From Trichoplax adhaerens (taxonomy: Eukaryota > Animalia > Placozoa): a DNA stretch of 64,000 nt. The translations under genes were made by a program, and so were the position numbers. Positions within the stretch are counted from its first letter, which is position 1. Every line of letters starts with the position of its first letter. This document shows positions 37,151 through 51,840 of the stretch, one piece after another. The notes under the pieces are model-generated. The model searched no databases, was not told the origin of the DNA, and saw only the letters and a list, made by a program, of their open reading frames with translations. The stretch is from contig NW_002060948.1 of the NCBI RefSeq assembly GCF_000150275.1, positions 4,378,787-4,442,786 on the forward strand, given 5' to 3'.

Positions 37151-38905
37151 TTAAGGTGGTAAAGGAATCAAGCTTCTGATGATGTTCTCCATTAGACCTA
37201 CATGTTGTTTTCGTACCTTTTCCGTGCAAGGTATGCAAGCAAAACATTGGCTGTTGAAGAAATCTTTAATCTTAACATCGGAATTCTCTATCTCTGATCT
37301 AGCCACCTACAGCATAAAAATAAAACGTATGACCCTAATGATAAATCAATCTCTATTATATCTAAGCGGCTATTTTTAAAATCCTTGACAGACTTTTATT
37401 ACTATATAACGACTGTTACTATGACTGAAAGATGGCCGTTACTCACATTCGGATGTCTGCCTTGACTTAGTAGTACTGTTTGAGCACGAGGCAAACTTCG
37501 TTTTACCTCACATGTCTTGTAATTTACACTTGAATCTAGTTATCGTTAATAAATTTTGTCAAGCCCAGATAAAAGCTTCAAAACGCTAAGACATGTTCGA
37601 TTACTATCAAGATTTGCCACCATAGAAATTGTAACAATGCAAGATTTTTCTCTATTTAGCATAACTACCTCTCGTGCCGGTTAATAGATCATGGGTGATT
37701 ACGTCTTCCTCCGTATTGATATTAGCATCGTGATACGAGCTCATTGATGATATTGATATTGCGTCTTGATCCACTTGAGATACACATTCCGTACTAGTAT
37801 AGTTCTTCCTCGAGAAATTTACATACCTATTCTCTATTCGATCGGTCTAAAAATGATTTAACTCTATCATGTCTAACTATTTCGAAGATTTAGCTTTAGG
37901 CTTCTTGTAATCAATCCATCAAAGACTTACCGTTAAAAATGTATCAATGATATCTTCCATTGAAGAGCTAACGGGTCCATTCTATATATTAAATGCTTTA
38001 TAATTACTTTAAGTAATTAATCCTTTACATTAAATTTGTAAATATCCTAAGAAGTAGTCAATAATATCGATGAAAAGTCGTAGCATTTTTACCGCCAAGG
38101 CTGGATTAATACCGTTGTAAAGTAAATCTGGTTGAGACGATGCATAGTCGGTCTATTCAGTTTTAGTAATTAGCAAATATTGTCGGCGTTAATATCCAGC
38201 ATTCATGTATTTACTTCTAAATTTTCCTAATGGCACTAAAATGATATTTGTCTGCAGGCTTTCTTGCATGATCTTACCGTTGATATTTGATCTTCATTGT
38301 TATTTACGTCAGCTACTTGACTTCTTCCAGGGTTAATCTAATTAATCAAGATAGAACTTTCAGGTAAATAGTGAGACCATCCTTTGATATTCATTTAACA
38401 TTTCTTACGGCAGATGGTGCATGTGCAATACCATCCGCGTGATCTGCAATTGGTTCTTCCTATGCAAAAATATCAAGTAAATGATTATCGAACGGCTATA
38501 AAACAATACTACTCCTTGATATCCAATGTTACTCCGTACGATGTTATGTTATTATATCATCCGGTATAAAAGAGCAGTTTATCCCCACCAGTTCAATAAA
38601 GAACTCTCAAAGGCGAACTTAAATTTATACCCACTCTAGCTTAATATAATACTAAATCAGTATGATACTAATAGCAAATAAAGTTTACTCTCATTATAGT
38701 ATTATGCTAGGCTATCGCGATATTAACAGAAGCTCTTGCTAATTATTCAGAAATTCTATCTAAAGCCCGACCTTACTATATTTACTAATGTACTTACTGT
38801 CCTAATGTCAATGACTTCGCAAATGTCTTCCACGTAAGGTTCGAAAATATTATCATAGAGAGAATATTCATTTTGCCAGTCTTCTGCAGTTAGTACACCA
38901 GCCAT
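37151..38905 (-). CDS. Hypothetical ~250-aa acidic protein encoded by short exons; no recognisable domain
   Basis: In-phase GT-AG exons: MAGVLTAEDWQNEY...IDIRT | EEPIADHADGIAHAPSA | INPGRSQVADVNNEDQIST | TDYASSQPDLLYNGINPALA | NGPVSSSMEDIIDTFLT | TDRIENR...DLLTGTR | DSSVNYKTCEVKR...GRHPN | VARSEIEN...CFACIPCTEK...SLIPLPP-stop. Confidence 0.6.
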
Positions 38906-40713
38906 GATCTTTCTTATTGATAAGGCAAAGTTTACAGTAATCAATTGATAACGACAAGCCGCCGACTTCTACTTCACGAATATTAAATAACTTCACTAAT
39001 CAAAATCTGCGCACTAAGACCAAATTTGGTTAGTCTATCTTCCCTAGGCTATACGTACAACACATTAATTGACTGAACATAGAAAATCGGAAGCTACAGT
39101 GGTTTATACCATGTTCTTCTTTTTGCAGACCTAGTATTTAGTACGGTATCATAGCAGGGTATTGCTGATAGACAATTATATAGTATATTGCACTATCTAT
39201 AATATATAAGCATACTAAATTAGTAAAACAAATTAAGTATCTAGGAATGTAGGTCATGCAAGGAATACTGTATATTTAAACATAAATTATGGTGCAATGC
39301 ATTATCATCTAAACCCACAATAACCATTTACAATGACCTTAATAAAAACTATTAAACAGATTGTTCTTTAAAGTATATCAAATAGCGGATAAAAATTCTT
39401 TTATTTCTTACTTTATCGTAATTGCTGACTGTAGATATCACCTTGAATCATAACATGCGTATTTAACGAATAAAGCCGTACAAAATAAAATAAAATAGCT
39501 TTATGATATCACAGATTATTGTGTACATATGTAAGATTCACTGTTTATCAATAAATGTTTATACTTAATCTTTGATGATTTATTCAGCATCTGAATTGCA
39601 ATAAATATTTAATTGGAAATACATTACAACGTTATCTTTTCAAGCTTAGGATATAGAGCCTGATTTAAATCATTCATTCTATTTAAAGCTAAACGATGGC
39701 AAAAAATACACGTGAGTGCTATCTAATAGCAGTCTGTATTATACTTCTAGGTTTCGAGATTATTTTTTGACAGCGTTTGCTGCAGCCAACCAACTGATAA
39801 CTCTTAAATTTTCTAACTTTCCTCGAGCTATTTCTGTACTAATATTTGTGATCTAAACGGCTGATAACATAGATTGATATATGCCCTAATTCAGTCAAAA
39901 ATTCGATTCTGATCTGCTATGGCCATTAGCCGTCAATAGCGCATATAACAATATAAACGCCTAATTAAGTCAAAGATTCCCGGCTATTGCTACTATTGCG
40001 AAGTATTGCCCGAAGACACACCGTAAATAAGATTATGATTACCGAATGTAGTGAAACTTGCTATAAGACAGAGCTCGAGTATTCTGATCATATTTATTGA
40101 TAAATTATTAGTAGCATAATATGTTAAGTAAAATTTTAACAGAAGAGTATCAAGATATAATGAAATATTTAAAGTGTGAAAGAATTAGCAAAGAACAGCC
40201 GAAAACAATTGATGAGAAATTTGTAATTCAGTAGCACTATTCTCATTTTAACAACAAATAAAAATAGTTCTGCAGTAGCTACACTGTGTAAACTTTACAA
40301 CTATTAATGAAATATATTACTTATAACAAAATAACTGAATTATTAAAACGATCCATTCATTAAACACGGTAGGCAACATTAAGCATTTACTATATTTATA
40401 TTCGAAATATCTACAGGACAAATGTATTGTTACAAAGATTTATGGTAACGGCCAATGTTTATAATTAATTAGCCATTTTAAAGTAATTCCAATCATTGCA
40501 TTTAATCAGCTATGAATTTCATAGATGATAATCGATTTTAAGAGCTCAAATGTAAAATTTCCAGATGCACACGTTGTCATTGGCAATTATACTGGTTTCT
40601 TTCAACCACATTTACTCTATAATGTTGAGTAGTAAATACCATTACTTCTAAGCCTTTGAAGTTTATTCGCTAACAGTTAGGAACGATGTTGCAGGTATCA
40701 ACTCATTAAAGCA

Positions 40714-43700
40714 TTACTTTTTCGAGCTTGGTCGACTTGAAGATTTTGAAGAAGGTTTTTTAAATTGACCTATCGTTAGCAATGTGAATCATAGAGAAGT
40801 TAGTCTTGCATATCTCAGATTATCATTAACATAAAGAAGAGTTGTAGAACTATACGCTCTTACCATCGCTTGTAGTCGTTTTGGCATGTTTGTCAGAGAA
40901 TGCTGAGGTTGGACGCGATTGAGTCGGTACACCAGTACTGTGCGTTGGAGTTGGAATGCGATCTGGTTGCGATAGATCGGGGGTTCTTGGTATCTTCGGA
41001 CGGGAAGAAAATGCTGCCGTATATTCAACATTGCTGTAGAGAATCGAAATAAGATTATCTCAGCTTCTTCAAGTAAACTGTAGCAGAAATGAAATTTCAT
41101 TGTTATTTTGAATGTATCTCCTACTTTGATCGCACTTTTGCCGAAACTTGTCTAGTTGGCTTTTCCGAAGGTTCTGTAGGATCGGTATTTTCCGGTTGTA
41201 TAATTTTTTTTTCCGACTACGCAGACGTAGAATCAATTTTAATTAAAAGTTGGCTATAGGATAAGTTAGCAAACAAAACTTCTACAGTTTGCTATTCTAT
41301 AGCTTGCATTGTTATAGTGGCATATTCTAATATTACACCTATACAGCATTATAGGCATAACTACTAAGTATTGTTCTTCAATGAACCTTGCTATGAATTT
41401 AATAACGTAAGTGCTGTTGATACCAATTTCGAGTCATTTTGACTTAGCGTACAACTTAAAGTGAACATATCATTCGACAACAATACTACGCACAGTTTTA
41501 AAAGTGATTGTTGTATGAAGTCAGAAGTAAATCACTTGAACACTAACTCACCCCAAGGATCTTAGAGATAACTTCCGATGCTTTATCATCAACCGCTAGA
41601 ACAAAATTAAGCAGCAAAGGTATTAAGATCTTTGCATGAAACGAAATAATAAGAAATACTCTCACTTACGTAGTTGGACCTCCGTGTCATCTGGTGCTTG
41701 AGTATCATCAACAGCTTCCTCATCGTCGACCTTTGCCACACGACCTTTTGTCACTGTACCGGGCCTTATTCTGCCGTCATCACTTTTAGCACTTCCTAAT
41801 GAAACTGACTTTGCACTACCACTTCGAGTCTTGGGTCGAACAACTTCTACTTCGCCCTTTCTACTAGGGGGGTTATTTTGCAGTGAACCAGATCTTTGTT
41901 TCGTCTTGCCGCTGTTTTGCGGTGACTGCTTGGATGGCTTAGCTGAACTAAAAGAAGACGTTCGAGGACTATAGTTTTCTTCAGCTCGCGATTGTGAACG
42001 TGGCGATTTATTGGCACCATAGCTGCTAAGCCGACTTGGCATTTTACTAACGGTTAAATCTGCTTGAGAAGCAGGTCGCGATTTATCTCCACTATTTCCT
42101 TCCTCTAGAAATTTGTTAAGTGTAATTATAATCAAAAATGTAGTACTAGAACATCAAGCCGTACACATATTCTAACTTCACCTTGTAAGTTCTCTAATCG
42201 GACAGACTCTCGAGCAGACTCTATCCCTGTAACCCCATCACTGCTTGCCATTTTATTTAAGAAAACAAAGCTCAAATATCTCTTACAAGTGCAAGCATTT
42301 TATAACATTCTAAATAAATTACATTGTGACATAAATTTTATTCATGTTGGCTCCATAACTTACCCTTGATAGCTTTGCTTTAATTTAGCTGTAAGACACA
42401 GATTGCAATAGAAATGTCAAAAGGTAAATATATCATTAATGACTAAAATATAGGAAAATCCACTAACACTGCAGTACGATAAGAGTGTCATGAAAGCGAG
42501 TACAAGTTCAACACAATTATGCTATACGATTACTTGATAATTTAAGTAATAATATGATAACTTTATTAAATTACAGTTACCAGTAAAAATTGTAGATGGT
42601 GTAATCGGTCGTTGTAGAGGCCCATCGTCAATACTATGAGTAATTCCCTACATTAGAAGGGTACTTTATCAAATTTCACATTACGACTGATAGTAAGAAG
42701 TAATAACAATTTCACTAAGTAAAATTACCCTTTCTCTTTTCTTGTGCTTAACACCTAGAGCCTACAGCCATGTAACAAACAGGTAAAACTGCATATTTAA
42801 TAAAAAAAGATCAAGCCACTAACTGATATAATCAGTGTTTAAAAAAAGTTGATACCAACTAAGGTTAAACATACCACCGAATATCTGACTTTTAAAAGAT
42901 TTTCACCATATAAATCCCCGTCATCTGGTACAATATTGTCGTCCTTGTCGATGTCCTCCTCGAGAGTTTCTTGATCATCCTGTAAAAGATATTTGATGAA
43001 CTTTTCGTTATGGAAACGATCTTATTCGACCTTAAATAAGTACTTTTACATTATATAGTACAATTTCATTAACTGGTTATCGTAACATTCAAAAGGGCTA
43101 ACTGACATCATCGTCTTCTTCGTCCTCGTCATCTGAAGCTGCATCATCTTCTTCATCGTGTCTGTTTTCTGCAATTATATGAGTTTAACTATTAATATGA
43201 TAAGTATTAGCCGTCGAGATTTAGGCACCAAATCTACCTGAGTTTAATTGTTTTAAAATAAATTCCATTTGACGTCTTTCTTCAGCGTTACTATCACTCT
43301 GATAATAATTGAGCATGTCTTCCAATCCCTTGATAACATTATAGCCGATTGATATTAAACTAAGCCAAACTACCTACTATTTTTGATTGATATCTTACTA
43401 ACCATGGCTTTAGCCTCTTCACGAATTGTAGGTCTTGATAAAATACTATACAGTGCACCATTAACGTAAGGTCGAACCTATTGTAGCGTTCACGACAAAA
43501 GTAAGATTACGCAGTAATAGTCACACTTAAAAAGCGTAAATCCTTTACTGTGTTTCAAAAATTAAGATTATAATAGATTTGACATACTTCGCGGTTTTCA
43601 TGCCCTAAGAGATCGCAAAGAACTTTTAAGACAGCACTGGCTTTACTTTCACAACGAATCTTTCCTGTAACAGGATTTTAAAATATCAATAATTATATCA

Positions 43701-46700
43701 AAATCAAATGCGGGTAATATTGACCTGATAGAGAAGAAGTTACCTGCTTTTCGTAGGCAGAGATTCATCAATAGAGCCACAGAATACTCCAAAAAGTAAT
43801 CGGACATAGATTCAAAGCACCGATAAGCCATTCAATGAAACCTTCAAGGATCATTTGGGTCTGAAATTTCCTTCTGCGGAATCAAACATTGTTCAAAATA
43901 CAAAACTATCAAAGATTTTTACTAAATATATGTTGACTGTCGCAGTAAATTATATTATTTGCTTATGAACAGTAGTGTTGACCTTAAACTTAGTTTTTGC
44001 ACACAACCAAGTAGATTTTCCATTGATAAATCATTGAATTTATTATTTTCCATGCTTTTTTTCAAAGCATGAATCAATCTTTCACTCCTACTTAGATACG
44101 TACGCCCTGATTTTGATATTATCATAAATGATATTACATGTTAGTTTATAACTTATCAGCTATCCGGCCCTATGATGTCATGATGTAACCTAGTAGTAGT
44201 ATTTACCAGCGCTTAATGATGCAATCGCATTAAGAAATCTTGCAAGACTTTGCCTCAATAATCCTTCATTTAGTAATTCTAAAAGTGTATCCTGCGTGTA
44301 TATGCGGTTAAAAGGAGAAATTTTTCTAGGTTACTGTCAATTTGAAAGATAGCTGAGAATCGAATCCAACCTGATAATTTCCACTTTCCACGCAACCGAG
44401 TAAATCGTTTGAAGAATAGCTAGCCATTGTTTCATCACGGTATTCAATGGATGATGCTTTGGTAATTCTCTAAATAAATCCAAATAATCAAAATCTCGTA
44501 AGTATAAAAAGGCTAAGGATCAAAGGGTACTGTGGTTATATGGCTCACCCAACGAAGTGCTTGCAACAGAAAACCTTTAGCCGGGTCGCTTTCCGTGGAT
44601 ATGTCTAGTTTTATTTTATTGAAGTCTAATACAGTTGGTTCGTTACTTCCATCCATAGAAGATCTCACTGGTTTCAATCTATAATTAATGGAAAAACTGG
44701 AACTTTAGCGGTTAATGTAATATCTACCACATTACTTTAAATCTGCTTGCAACAATATGCAAATATGTAGATACTGGATTAGAATAATATTAATAAACGG
44801 ACATGGATGTGCTTTCATTGATTGCAACAGACTGGCGAAGTAGCGCAGAAGCCTAAAATTGGAATAAATAAAATATATTGTGAGCAATAAGACAGTACAG
44901 CATGTACACTGTACCGTATAAAAATCTTAATAAAGTACTAGCTATCGCTTAAAGCAAATATATGCATATTGCAAGGTTACCGTTCCGGGTCGAGAGATAT
45001 CCACCGATTGATTGGCAATACTACCGGCAAAAAGACGATTACAAACTGTTCGAAGATACTCCGTTGTCACCTAAATACATTATAAGCATGATTGTTACAT
45101 CAGTATTTATGGACTGAAATTATGCACTTGTGCAGTTAGTTCTAACCGGTTTCCCTTTAATTGAATCCTCCATAACATCCACCAATTCTGCAGTAATCCC
45201 GATTAAGTTATGATAGTCAGCCTTTGAATAATTACCGTAATGTACATAATTAAAATCAATTTAAATCAGTATTTTGTAGAATGTCATTGCGAGTGACATC
45301 AGTATCAAATAGGTTAGATCCTGTACCTGTATTTTATTGAAACGTTTAATATATTTTACTACACGTTGTTCACTTGCTTGTAGATTTCGATCAGCTATTG
45401 TTCAATATGATAGATAATAATGAGTGTTAACACAACGTTAAAAAAACCCGGTCAAAGATAAAAATATAATATACTAAATCCTCACCTCGCTTAATGATCA
45501 ATTCCTGATTTTTCTGATGTATAAGAGTATTAGTTAAGGTTGTAAAAGATATTGTAAGTTGAGACAATTTGGATGCGTGTCAAATTATGTTATATTATTT
45601 ATAATTCTATGTCGTGAAGTAATAATTAATAAATTCTAAATTTTATCGTCCGTACCGATACTATATCTGTAAAATCACTCTCAATAAGATAAATATTAAA
45701 ATAAAAGGATTTCAAAATATAAATTTTCATGATCTTTGGCGAAATATCATACAATAATTACTACAGAGGGCATATTAAACAAGCATATATTTAAGATCTT
45801 ACAGGCAGAACTACAAAAAAGTTCTTAGATCTTAAAGTAGCAATTGTTTCTACGTTATATTTGGAACCGCTTTATATTTTCATTTTAAGGATGTTGAGGT
45901 AAAACACAACAAAATGAGGACTTTGAAGGTGAATTGGGTGTAATCATGCCAGGATACGAATAAGGTGACCAATTTAGGTTCGTTAGAGACCTTGAGCGTC
46001 TGTTTTAAGAAAGCTTCTAGCTTCATTCGTAGATTTGATGACCATTCGGGCTAATAAGGAGATATTTTGAAATCGTTAGGCACATCGATAGAGACAAGAC
46101 ACTATGGTAACATATAGGAGCTTCATTTTGGGTTTGCTATTTTACCTTAAATAAGCTTTTAAACTCTTCATGATTTCTTAAATCAGGCACAAACGGTAAT
46201 GCAAAATATGGTAGTAGATCTCTTGATTGACTAAAGTTCGATCCACGATTGTCAAGATACTTTCTAAAACGCGCCATACTCTCACTCGCATCCTAATAAG
46301 ACAAAAAAGTAATATTACTTCTAATTCTATGAATTATTACAATTAATTAATCGGATAACTTTTTTAAGGCCGACTAGATAAGATACAATTAGAGAGTATT
46401 AGAATAATATATTATAACTAAAGATGTAGCAAATTCGGATTAATCAATTTAGGGTTCTAATAGATTAATATACTTTAGGGAATCAATGCCTCAAACATCA
46501 AATTTACCACTGTAAAATAAAATTAACGAGAAATGAAATTCCCGCTTCAAAACTAGTTTATTCTATTCTATATTACGTTCAAATGCTTACCAGTGAATCT
46601 AAAGGCGATAGCCTTGGATAAATTGCAAAATAAATTTGCAATGAAAATTCTAGTCGTTGACATTCCTTATCTGCATTCAAAGTTTCAGGAGGCAAACTGG

Positions 46701-47650
46701 TGTTCCACAAGGAAAAGAATTCGGTATGATCTCCGTTCTTGTAGGCCGATATTAAATCGCTCTTTAAGATCCATACATACATTAATATGTATACTTTATT
46801 AGTTGATACAGACAACATCGTTTTATCAAGATAGAATCGTCATTCTAGCAATATTATATGATTATTATTTTTTCTGGCTTATAGCAGCTGTTATTGTTAC
46901 TATCACAGTATACCTGCAGTTTAACTTTTTCAGCAGCAGTTTGAATCTGATTTAAATTTGGATTAGCTTTTCCAGCATTAACGCACTCCTCACTAAACCT
47001 GATGGCAGTATCTTTAAGCCCACTAAACAATAAGTACTATATAAAATTTAAGTGCACGTATTAGTAGACTTGTTAAATAATATGAATACCTAATATCCAT
47101 AAAGCAATAGATGATATCGCAAATATAGATTATAAGAAATAGCTGATGATGTTTTTTGTATGGAGAAGAGAAGATTACTTAGAAACTCTTCTAGTAGTTA
47201 ACAAAATAACGCACTCATATAGTACGTGAGCGTCTTATGCAGTTTATCATCTAAAGAATTAAATGCACGATGCCTTACTGGAAACATTTACGACTACGAT
47301 GCCTAGCACAACTTCACAATTTAATATTCTAGTTACTTATCGTATGGTATATCATCAAGGACCATCTCAAATTATGAGCATCAACATAATATCTTAATTT
47401 ATTTACCACTCAAGGAGAAAAACCCACAGTACAGTGAAGCTGTAATATATCTTACGTTTTTGTTTGGCATCCTGTCACATCAGTCGGTTAAATATAAATA
47501 TAATTTATACTGATGAACGACATTTTCGCTATTTTCATTATTAAATAGCCGTGTAACAAAATTATAAATACTATACTATACCTCAGTAATGACGCTGTTA
47601 AGATGGTCTTCGTTCACAACGTATTCAGTGTCGCTCGATGAATCCTTCAT
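40714..47650 (-). CDS. ARMC9: LisH domain-containing armadillo-repeat protein ARMC9 (ciliary); one exon apparently frameshifted
   Basis: Spliced peptides match ARMC9: LNSVITE|[18 protein letters not shown] (LisH), [83 protein letters not shown]|[14 protein letters not shown], and C-terminal [13 protein letters not shown]. Confidence 0.92.
45514..45957 (-). other. U12-type (minor spliceosome) GT-AG intron in ARMC9
   Basis: The 5' splice site is TTC|GTATCCT. A branch-site CCTTAAC at 45539-45533 lies ~20 nt before CAG|. The flanking exons (...PKLVTLF | KNQELIIKR) join in phase 0. Confidence 0.75.
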
Positions 47651-48514
47651 ATCGGTTTTGTTTCGGTAAGTATTTTCGGATGCCACATTTAAAAGGATAG
47701 CTTTTTTAAGTAATTATTGCTTTATCCGCCTAGAAAGAAATGAGATGCATTTGCAATCATTTTGAAAATGATATGGGGATTATATCATACCAAACTTTTA
47801 TGGCTATCCAACAAGGTATTCTCGGGTATAACAACTTAAATTGCAATCAAAACATCGTTCGCAAAACTAAACTGTTCTAACAAATCATGGTGCATTTCAT
47901 CCTCAACAGATTTGCATGCCTCATTGGTTACCAAAAAGTATGCATAAAAAACTCTTTCTACTACAATGCTAAAGTAAGTAAGTATAATTTTTGCTGATTT
48001 CAAATATTAACATGCTATTGAATCATTCATTTGTTTATACTTACAGTATTTAAGCTAAGCTATCTTACTTCACATACACTGATATTGACGCCTGAGACTT
48101 ACTGGAAGGTGCTACTACCGCAGTCAAACTTGAATATCAAGACCCGTAGAATCTTATTATCTTGACGCTTTCTTCCTGTATTGGAAATATTTTCAAATTG
48201 GTCCAGTAAATCGAGCCTGCTGGCTTAATATTTACAGTAGGTGGGTAACGTTACTGGACATTAGATTGATTATTGATGAACTGGAATTTCAAATTTTTCT
48301 AGTTATTCGACTATTCGTTAAAGTCGTTAATAGTAAATATAATTAGCACTCAGCCACATTACAGTTGCGCACTGCTCTACAGGTCAGTATCCTAAACAGT
48401 GTCTTGAACAGATGAAGATGGTGCAGGAGCTAAATGCGAATAAACAGACCTACCGTTTCTATGGTTTCATCCTTTATTATCGACTGCCCAACGCCCATGT
48501 GAAAGATGAAGTGA

Positions 48515-48570
48515 CAGCACAGTGTACAGTGTACAGTTGTACAGTACAACCATTAGTAGTACTGTACTGC
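48515..48570. promoter_or_regulatory. TACAGT/ACTGTA cluster in the divergent ARMC9/PPIH promoter region
   Basis: cacagtgtacagtgtacagttgtacagtacaaccattagtagtactgtactgcag lies between the head-to-head genes. Confidence 0.55.
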
Positions 48571-48820
48571 AGCTGGGTGCAAGGCTTCCGTCATGCGCGT
48601 TTGCTTCTGGTGCACACGATTTTACTATGCTGGCCCGAAGACCGTTTCCAGTACCAGCACCATACTGAACGGTCTCCGATTGTATAGCCACTGGGCAACT
48701 TCAGAACAATCGAGCTGACAACTTGGACATATCTACAGCAAGCTGAATAACTTGCAATAGTTACCTGAGTTTAACTTGATTTCCTTGCAAGTAATCTACG
48801 AAATAGTTAAGAAATTTGCT

Positions 48821-51306
48821 ATGGCTTTAGCACCGAGTAATCCTTCAAATCCTATTGTTTTCTTCGATATTTCTATTGGTGGTCAGGTAAAAGTGACGGC
48901 TTTGAATTATCATAATTTATGAATTCTGCATTTTGTATGACTGTTTTAACGAGGCCAGTTATTTGCTAGAAATTGATTTCAACGTACTTTAGGTAGTATA
49001 TGAGATCGTTATTTATTATTAAGAATTATAGCTAGCATGTGCAGCAAGATTTTATACCATCTTCTCATCAGGCTATGATAAGATCAGTCGAATAGAAGAT
49101 TGTATCGTCATGTCCTTAAACATGTACTGTACTGTACAAGTATACGTATATTCGTTCTACGAGTATTTCAATAATAATTCTAAATTCTCAATACTTAATT
49201 TAACATGGAACAGTATTTGAAATTGGTAATTTGTAACTATATTGTGACCAATGTTAACGAGTTCTTTTTATTGCGCACTTCAGCCCGATCCATACTTTGC
49301 AAATATTACTATTGCATGCTATCATTTCATCATTAATGTATACGGCAGAGTAAAGTACTCTAACTGTTAACAGAGCGATCACCAGCACAGAGGAGTGCAG
49401 CAGTACCTAGATAGTAACACCGTCATTTTCATATTAATGCGTAATAGGATTACCCTGTCCGCCACCGAAGATAGCGTTATCGTCAACCATAATTTTAAAA
49501 TAGCTTTTCAAACTTCTACTTTAAAGTTACAGAGTTAGTTTAAACTGCAATATAAAATCCTATCGATGACTAAATATGTAAATCATGCGTGTTGGTAAAT
49601 AAATAATATCTTCTCAAATTTGGGAGAAAATCTAGGTATAGTTTCTCGTTATAAAAATTTTCTATGCATACATTTAGGAAGTAGGTAGAATGAAGATGGA
49701 ACTATTTGCTGATGCTGTACCGAAAACAGCAGAAAATTTTAGGTTCGTTAACCTAGCAGTAATCAAATTTCTCTTCAAAAATTTAATGTTGTTATCAAAT
49801 TTTAAGAGCTAATAGTTAAATTGAGTTTGATCTGTAACTTGCTTCCCTTAACATAATATTTCTTAATGGATATTTGTTGTTGCAGGCAATTTTGTACAGG
49901 AGAATACAGGTAAAGTAATATTTGAAAGATTGCTACATAACTAATTTTGATGATCGTTAAGCTTTTACCTCGCGAGCATGCAATCCTAATATTTTAGTGA
50001 TTCTTCAAACTCAATCTTTTAGGACTGCAGGTGTCCCTGTTGGTTATAAAGAATGCCAATTTCACAGGTATGAAATTGTGTATAAAATGCTCCCATATGC
50101 AATAAACTTTTAGCTGAGTCTACTAAAAATCTATGGGTGTTGTAGGTATTTATGCCTATTTTATCGTACTAACAAAGCTAGCCTATAAAATATTTTTAAT
50201 GTAACATGCATTCTTACTTTAATTATTGATACTAGAGTTATTAAAGATTTTATGGTTCAAGGTGGCGACTTTGTCAAGGTATGTAAGCTATCATAATTAT
50301 GCAACCAGTTATAATCAGTTTCATAAGTAGTACATGATTTGAATGAATTAATTCTAGATTTGATCGTATATGAGCATTATAATTTGACACCTTAATACTA
50401 TTCGATCATATAATATGGTGCTAATATATTAGGGAGATGGAACTGGCGTCTTCAGCATCTACAACGAAACTAACTTTAAAGATGAAAACTTTGAGCATAA
50501 GCATGTCTCCGCAGGCATACTTTCCATGGCAAGTTCAAAGCATATTTAGCTGATTTGAAATAGTTTAACAATAATAGTTCTGCTCCTGCAATATTAGACG
50601 TACGACGCTCTATAATATTGACTCTTTCCCAATATTTGACAATATTTCCTTTTATGATAGGCTAACAGTGGTCCCGGTACTAATGGCTGTCAGGTAGTAA
50701 TACCGTATGCTTAGTTGGTTGCGCTTGCTATTGATTAATTACTTCATAGAGCGATTTAGCTTAACATTTTCTAAAATTATAAATATAATCTGTTTTTAGT
50801 TCTTTATAACTTGTACGAAATGTGAATTCTTGGATGGAAAGCACGTTGTTTTCGGTAATAAATCTTTATGAGTGATGTGTGTAATATTATCACTGTGCTC
50901 TAGTGATATCATTATTTAACATTCAGAGATAGTAGCATGAATTATAAGTTAGTACTGTATCACAAGCTACATGTACATTATGAGTGCCTGATCATCTTAA
51001 TATACTTCTCCTATTAGGACGTGTTCTAGATGGTATGCTAATACTAAGAAAAATTGAGGTATGTATTTTCACTCTTTATCAGATAAATTGTCGTATTTAT
51101 AATATTGATTTCTAGTAAATGGACTCATCATTAATCGTGGCTATCCTAGAATAGAATATTTGTTTACTTTCGTTTTTTTCGTGCTTCGAATTTTAATCTA
51201 TATTTGCATCTGATCATGTAACAACATATTGTTACAGAATGTTCCAACGGGTCCGAATAACAGACCAAAGTTACCGGTAGTTATTACCCAATGCGGCGAA
51301 ATGTAA
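48821..51306 (+). CDS. PPIH: Peptidyl-prolyl cis-trans isomerase H (cyclophilin H, U4/U6 snRNP)
   Basis: Ten exons: [22 protein letters not shown]|[22 protein letters not shown]|QFCTGEYR|[15 protein letters not shown]|[14 protein letters not shown]|GDGTG...AGILSM|[11 protein letters not shown]|[19 protein letters not shown]|[13 protein letters not shown]|[22 protein letters not shown]-stop. One intron has a GC donor at 50529. Confidence 0.95.
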
Positions 51307-51840
51307 ACTTATGACGAAAATGTATTTATCTCCGTTTTCTACAACTTCGATTTCACTATCTCTGCCTATGCAGGTTTCTTAGTCTTCCTTAAAATATTTC
51401 AAATTATGCACCATTCTTAATTGTGTTCTTACTCCTGTATATTACGCGATCCTATTATGATTGCATTTTGTATACCTTGAATTGATTCTTCCAAGTATTA
51501 CCGATAAAGCCATTAAAATAAATAACAATTACATCACAGGCATTTTCAATTTTTTATTGACTCAAAATACATAAATATTATTCGAAGCCGATGCCACCTT
51601 CACGGCAATTCTACAGATCATATTTTAATACAGTGCAAGGACGAGACTGGAGGAAAATCTGTAGGCCATAATCATACTATATACAAATATTTATATCGAT
51701 CAAGTTCGTAAGGCGCTACAAATCCGTTAAAGATTTAGGAAGTTAATCCTGTATACTAGTGGTATAGTGTACACAATAATTGACTGGTAAAATGAAAGAC
51801 TGGCGACGGGATTAAAAAATTAAAGTAACCCGTCTTTGAA

